Positions 58,401-64,000 of a DNA stretch of 64,000 nucleotides are shown piece by piece. Origin of the DNA: the human T2T-CHM13v2.0 reference genome, Homo sapiens. The DNA is taken from assembly GCF_009914755.1 (NCBI RefSeq), contig NC_060933.1; one strand, 5' to 3'. Every line of letters begins with the position of its first letter. Position 1 is the first letter of the stretch. A program made the translations under genes and the position numbers. The notes under the pieces were generated by a model. It searched no databases. It saw only the letters and a list, made by a program, of their open reading frames with translations, and was not told the DNA's origin.

Positions 58401-59710
58401 ATGGAATGCAATGGAATGGAATGGAATGGAATGGAATGGAATGGAATGGAATTGAATGGATTGGAATGCCTTCAAACCGAATGGAATGGAAAGGAATGGA
58501 ATCAACACGAGTGGAATGGAATGGAATGGAAAGGAATGGAATGGAATGGAATGGCACGGAATAGAATGGAATGGAACGAAATGGAATGGAATGGAATGGA
58601 ATGGAATGGAATCATTCCGAGTGGAATAGGAGGGAATGTATTCGAGTGGAATGGAAAAGAATGGAATCAACCAGAGTGGAATGGAAGGGAATGGAATGGA
58701 ATGGAAACTAATAGAATGGAATCAACCCGAGTGGAATGGAATGGAAATGACTGGAATGGAATGGAATGGAATGGAATGGAATCATCTCGATTGTAATGGA
58801 TTGGAATGGAATGGAATGGAATGGAATGGAATGGAATGGAATTAACCCGAATACAACGGAATGGAATGGCATGGAACGGAATGGAGTGGAATGGAATGGA
58901 ATCAACCCGAGTGCAGGGGAATGGAATGGAATGGAATGCAATGGAATGGAATCATCCGGAATGGAATGGAATGGAATGGAATGCAAAGCAATGGAATCAA
59001 CTCGATTGCAATGGAATGGAATGGAATGGAAAGGAATACATTGGAATCAACCCGAGTGGAATGGAATGGAAAGGACTGGAATGGAGTGGAATGGAATGGA
59101 ATGGAATGGAATGGAATCAACTCGATTGGAATGGAATGGAATGGAATGGAATGGAATGGAATGGAATGGAATTAACCCGAATAGAATGGAATGGAATTAA
59201 ATGGAAAGGAACGGAATGGAATGGAATGGAATGGAATGGAATGGAATGGAATCAACCCGACTGAAGGGGAATGGAATGGAATGGAATGCAATGGAATGGA
59301 TTCAACTTGAATGGAATGGAAAGAATGGAATCAACACGAGTGGAATGGCATGGATTGCAATGGAATGGAATGGAATCAACCCGAGTACAGGGGAATGGAA
59401 TGGAATGGAATGCAATGGAATGGAATCATCCGTAATGGAATGGAAAGGAATGGAATGGAATGGAATGGAATGGAATGGAATGGAATGGAATCAACTCGAT
59501 TTCAATGGAATGGAATGGAATGGAATTAACCCGAATAGAATGGAATGGAATGGAATGGAACGGAATGGAACGGAATGGAATGGAATGGAATGGAATGGAA
59601 TGGAAAGGAATGGAATGGAATGGAATGGAATGGAATGGAATCAACGCGAGTGCAGGGGAATGGAATGTAATGGAATGCAATGGAATGGAATCTCCCGGAA
59701 TGGAATGGAA
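49470..59710 (+). repeat. Two-copy ~4.3-4.5 kb tandem duplication (boundary ~55340-55400); the first copy is enlarged by an internal 1337-bp duplication
   Basis: Private markers shared pairwise: TGAATCAACGCG 49728/55608, CTATTCGAGTGGATT 50232/55952, CCAATAGAAT 50302/56022, GCAGGGCAAT 50512/56237, AATTCCGAAT 51455/57170, CATCTCGATTGT 54455/58783, CGACTGAAGG 54935/59258, CTCCC 55389/59692. Confidence 0.92.
51495..54168 (+). repeat. Apparently perfect 1337-bp tandem duplication (51495-52831 / 52832-54168)
   Basis: Identical ORF translations at a constant +1337 offset (51619/52956, 51653/52990, 51953/53290, 52453/53790). A unique junction, GGAAAGGAATGAATGG, lies at ~52823-52838. Confidence 0.96.
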
Positions 59711-59899
59711 TGGAATGGAATCAACCCGAGTGCAATGGAATGGAGTGGCATGGAATGGAATGGAATGGAACAACCCGAATGGAATGGAATGTAATGGAGA
59801 GTAAGGCAGTTGAATAGAATCAATCCGAATGTAATGGAATGGAATGGAACGGAATGGAATTGAATGGAATGGAATGGAATGCAATGGAATGGAATCAAC

Positions 59900-61600
59900 C
59901 CGAGTGCAATGGAATGGAGAGGAATGGAATGGAATGGAATGGAAACTACCCGAATGGAATGGAATGTAATGGAGTGTAAGGAAATTGAATAGAATCAATC
60001 CGAATGTAATGGAATGGAATGGAATGGAATGGAATGGAATGGAATGGAATGGAATGGAATGCAATGGAATGGAATCAACCCGAGTGCAATCGAATGGAAT
60101 CGAATGGAATGGAATGCAATGGAATAGATTCAACTTGAATGGAATGGAAAGAATGGAATCAACACGAGTGGAAGGGCATGGATTGGAATGGAATGGAATG
60201 GAATCAACCCGAGTACAGGGGAATGGAATGGAATGGAATGCAATGGAATGGAATCATCCGTAATGGAATGGAATGGAATGGAATGGAATGGAATGGAATC
60301 AACACGATTGCAATCGAATGGAATGGAATGGAATTAACCCGAATAGAATGGAATGGAATGGAATGGAACGGAACGGAATGGAATGGAATGGAATGGAATG
60401 GAATGGAACGGAACGGAATGGAATGGAATGGAATGGAATGGAATGGAATGGAATCAACGCGAGTGCAGGGGAATGGAATGGAATGGAATGCAATGCAATG
60501 GAATCTTCCGGAATGGAATGGAATGGAATGGAATGGAATGGAATGGAATGCAATGGATTCAACTCGATTGCAATGGAATGGAATAGAATGGAATGGAATG
60601 GAATGGAATGGAATTAACCCGAATAGAATGGAATGGAATGGAATGGAACGGAATGGAATGGAATGGAATGGAATGGAATGGAATGGTACGGAATAGAATG
60701 GAATGGAACGAATTGTAATGGAATGGAATTGAATGGAATGGAATGGAATGGAATGGAATCAACGCGAGTGCAGGGGAATGTAATGGAAAGGAATGCAATG
60801 GAATGGAATCATCCGGAATTGAATGGAATGGAATGGAATCAACCCGAGTGCAATGGAATGGAATGGAATGGAATGGAATGGAATGGAACAACCCGAATGG
60901 AATGGAATGTAATGGAGAGTAAGGGAGTTGAATAGAATCAATCCGAATGTAATGGAATGGAATGCAACGGAATGGAATGGAATGGAATGGAATGGAATGG
61001 AATGGAATGGAATGCAATGGAATGGAATCAACCAGAGTACAAGGGAATGGAATGGAATGGAATGGAATGGAATGGAATGGAATGGAATGGAATTGAATGG
61101 AATGGAATGCCTTCAAACCGAATGGAAAGGAAAGCAATGGAATCAACACGAGTGGAATGGAATGGAATGGAAAGGAATGGAATGGAATGGAATGGTACGG
61201 TATAGAATGGAATGGAACGAAATGGAATGGAATGCAATGGAATGGAATGGAATGGAATGGAATGGAATGGAATGGAATGGAATCGTTCCGAGTGGAATAG
61301 GAGGGAATGTATTCGAGTGGAATGGAAAGGAATGGAATCAACCAGAGTGGAATGGAAGGGAATGGAATGGAATGGAAACTAATAGAATGGAATCAACCCG
61401 AGTGGAATGGAATGGAAAGGACTGGAATGGAATGGAATGAAATGGAATGGAATCAACTCGATTGTAATGGAATGGAATGGAATGGAATGGAATGGAATGG
61501 AATTAACCCGAATACAATGGAATGGAATGGAATGGAACGGAATGGAGTGGAATGGAATGGAATCAACCCGAGTGCAGGGGAATGGAATGGAATGGAATGG
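59900..61600 (+). repeat. Dispersed paralog of ~46560-48120 (offset 13.3-13.5 kb)
   Basis: Pairwise-shared variants GTAAGGAAAT 46636/59976, AGATTCAACTT 46786/60126 and GGAAAGCAAT 47650/61129. Identical 92-aa ORFs at 46645/59985. Confidence 0.85.
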
Positions 61601-64000
61601 AATGGAATCAACTCGATTGGAATGGAATGGAATGGAATGGAATGGAATGGAATTAACCCGAATACAATGGAATGGAATGGAATGGAACGGAATGGAATGG
61701 AATAGAATGGAATGGAATGGAATGGAATGGAATCAACCCGACTGCAGAGGAATGGAATGGAATGGAATGCAATGGAATGGAATCATCCGGAACGGAATGG
61801 AATGGAATGGAATGGAATCAACTCGATTGCAATGGAATGGAATGGAATGGAATGGAATCAAATGGAATGGAATGGAATTAACCCGAATAGAATGGAATGG
61901 ATTGGAATGGAATGGAATGGAACGGAACGGAACGGAATGGAATGGAATGGAATGGAATGGAATGGAATCAACCCGAGTGCAGGGGAATGGAATGGAATGG
62001 AATGCAATGGAATGGAATCATCCGGAATGGAATGGAATGGTATGGAATGGAATGCAATCAACCTGATGCAATGGAATGGAGTGGAATGGAATGGAATGGA
62101 ATGGAAACATCCCGAATGGAATGGAATGTAATGGAGTGTAAGGGAATTGAATAGAATCAATCCGAATGTAATGGAATGGAATGGAATGAAATGAAATGGA
62201 ATGGAATGGAATGGAATCAACCAGAGTGCAATGGGATGGATTCGAATGGAATGGAATGGAATGGAATGGAATCAACCCGAGTGCAGGGGAATGGAATGGA
62301 ATGGAATGCAATCGAATGGAATCATCCGGAATGGAATGGAATGGAATGGCATGGAATGGAATGGAATGGAATCAACTCGATTTCAATGGAATGGAATGGA
62401 ATAGAATGGAATGGAATTAACACGAATAGAATGGAATGGAATGGAATGGAACAGAAAGGAATGGAATGGAATGGAATCATCCCAAGTGCAGGGGAATGGA
62501 ATGGAATGGAATTCAATGGAATGGAATCATCCGGAATGGAATGGAATGGAATGGAATGGAATGGAGTGGAATGGAATGGAATCAACCCGTGTGCAATGGA
62601 ATGGAGAGGAATGGAATGGAATGGAATGGAAACTACCCGAATGGAATGGAATGTAATGGAGTGTAAGGGAATTGATTAGAATGAATCCGAATGGAATGGA
62701 ATGGAATGGAAAGGAATGGAATGGAATGGAATGGAATGGAATGGAATGCAATGCCATGGAATCAACCCGAGTGAAATCGAATGGAATTGAATGGAATGGA
62801 ATGCAATGGAATGGATTCAACTTGAATGGAATGGAAAGAATGGAATCAACACGAGTGGAATGGCATGGATTGGAATGGAATGGAATGGAATCAACCCGTG
62901 TACAGGGGAATGGAATGGAATGGAATGCAATGGAATGGAATCATCCGTAATGGAATGGAAAGGAATGGAATGTAATCGGATGGAATGCAGTGGAATGGAA
63001 TGGAATCAACTCGATTGCTATCGAATGGAATGGAATGGAATTAACCCGAATAGAATGGAATGGAATGGAATGGAATGGAACGGAAAGGAACGGAACGGAA
63101 TGGAATGGAATGGAATGGAATGGAATGGAATGGAATGGAATGGTATGGAATAGAATTGAATGGAATGGAATGGTATGGAATAGAATGGAATGGAAAGAAA
63201 TGGAATGGAATGGAATGGAATGGAATGGAATGGAATGGAATGGAATGGAATCGTTCCGAGTGGAATAGGAGGGAATGTATTCGAGTGGATTGGAAAGGAA
63301 TGGAATCAACCAGAGTGGAATGGAAGGGAATGGAATGGAATGGAAACTAATAGAATGGAATCAACCCGAGTGGAATGGAATGGAAAGGACTGGAATGGAA
63401 TGGAATGGAATGGAATGGAATGGAATCAACTCGATTGTAATGGAATGGAATGGAATGGAATGGAATGGAATGGAATGGAATGGAATTAACCCAAATACAA
63501 TGGAATGGAATGGAATGGAACGGAATGGACTGGAATGGAATGGAATCAACCCGAGTGCAGGGGAATGGAATGGAATGGAATGCAATGGAATGGAATCATC
63601 CGGAATGGAATGGAATGGAATGGAAAGCAAAGCAATGGAATCAACTCGATAGCAATGGAATAGAATGGACTGGAAAGGAATACATTGGAATCAACCCGAG
63701 TGGAATGGAATGGAAAGGACTGGAATGGAGTGGAATGGAATGGAATGGAATGGAATGGAATCAACTCGATTGGAATGGAATGGAATGGAATGGAATGGAA
63801 TGGAATGGAATTAACCCGAATAGAATGGAATGGAATTAAATGGAACGGAACGGAAAGAAATGGGATGGAATGGAATGGAATGGAATGGAATGGAATGGAA
63901 TCAACCCGACTGCAGGGGAATGGAATGGAATGGAATGCAATGGAATGGATTCAACTTGAATGGAATGGAAAGAATGGAATCAACACGAGTGGAATGGCAT

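Larger units (their letters stand above)
1..64000 (+). repeat. Satellite III (HSat3-type) pericentromeric tandem array, (GGAAT)n with CAACCCGA(G/A)T-type interruptions; continues past both window ends
   Basis: Seen: GGAAT pentamers dominate every line, with recurring CAACCCGAGT/TAACCCGAAT decamers. Established: (GGAAT)n interspersed with CAACCCGA(G/A)T is the classical definition of primate satellite 3. HSat2 would show frequent GAATCATC/GATGAT words and few pure pentamer runs. Confidence 0.98.

Noticed and set aside
3788-62514. Assignment to DYZ1 (Yq, ~3.6 kb unit) or D15Z1 (~1.8 kb KpnI unit) from restriction periodicity
   Set aside because: The EcoRI sites I found (3788, 13478, 17630, 28662, 32715, 44134, 62509) are irregular. 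I saw no GGTACC or GGCC and no uniform period. Assignment needs k-mer classification or alignment.
4-63839. Hundreds of ORFs (MEWNG repeats on +, IPFHS repeats on -), up to 412 aa
   Set aside because: A 5-nt unit lacking stop codons gives the same pentapeptide in all three frames on each strand. The ORFs overlap in every frame, have no domain content and end at sporadic variant words, so they are not genes.
1-64000. CRISPR-like alternation of conserved words and variable spacers
   Set aside because: The spacers are just (GGAAT)n of variable count rather than unique sequence. There are no 23-47 bp palindromic repeats, leader or cas genes, and the context is eukaryotic satellite.
1-64000. Embedded Alu/L1/ERV, alpha satellite, CENP-B boxes, poly(A) tails or an inversion breakpoint
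   Set aside because: No departure from the GGAAT register longer than a few pentamers, and no CATTC-run (reverse orientation) segment was seen.

Overview
The entire 64 kb window is one uninterrupted, single-orientation array of classical satellite III (HSat3-type, human or great ape): (GGAAT)n on the + strand, punctuated by a small vocabulary of CpG-containing variant words (CAACCCGAGT, CAACTCGATT, CAACGCGAGT, TAACCCGAAT, CATCC/CTTCC and others). I see no genes, RNA genes, transposons, alpha satellite, inversion or unique sequence. All listed ORFs (MEWNG / IPFHS repeats) are arithmetic by-products of a stop-free pentamer. There is no single regular higher-order period. The array is a nested mosaic: a 5-bp register, a nearly invariant 175-bp doublet, a ~0.83-0.85 kb subunit, and duplications of 540 bp (x3), 1337 bp (x2), ~1.6 kb, ~1.85 kb and ~4-4.8 kb, plus dispersed paralogous blocks 5-16 kb apart. 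The most functionally suggestive signal is a recurrent CTTCC word that creates about 33 perfect three-unit heat-shock elements (nGAAnnTTCnnGAAn) in a fixed context. I cannot support a claim of a wholly new biological system, and the chromosome, subfamily and species cannot be assigned by eye. All counts and breakpoints were read manually and are approximate unless stated as exact.
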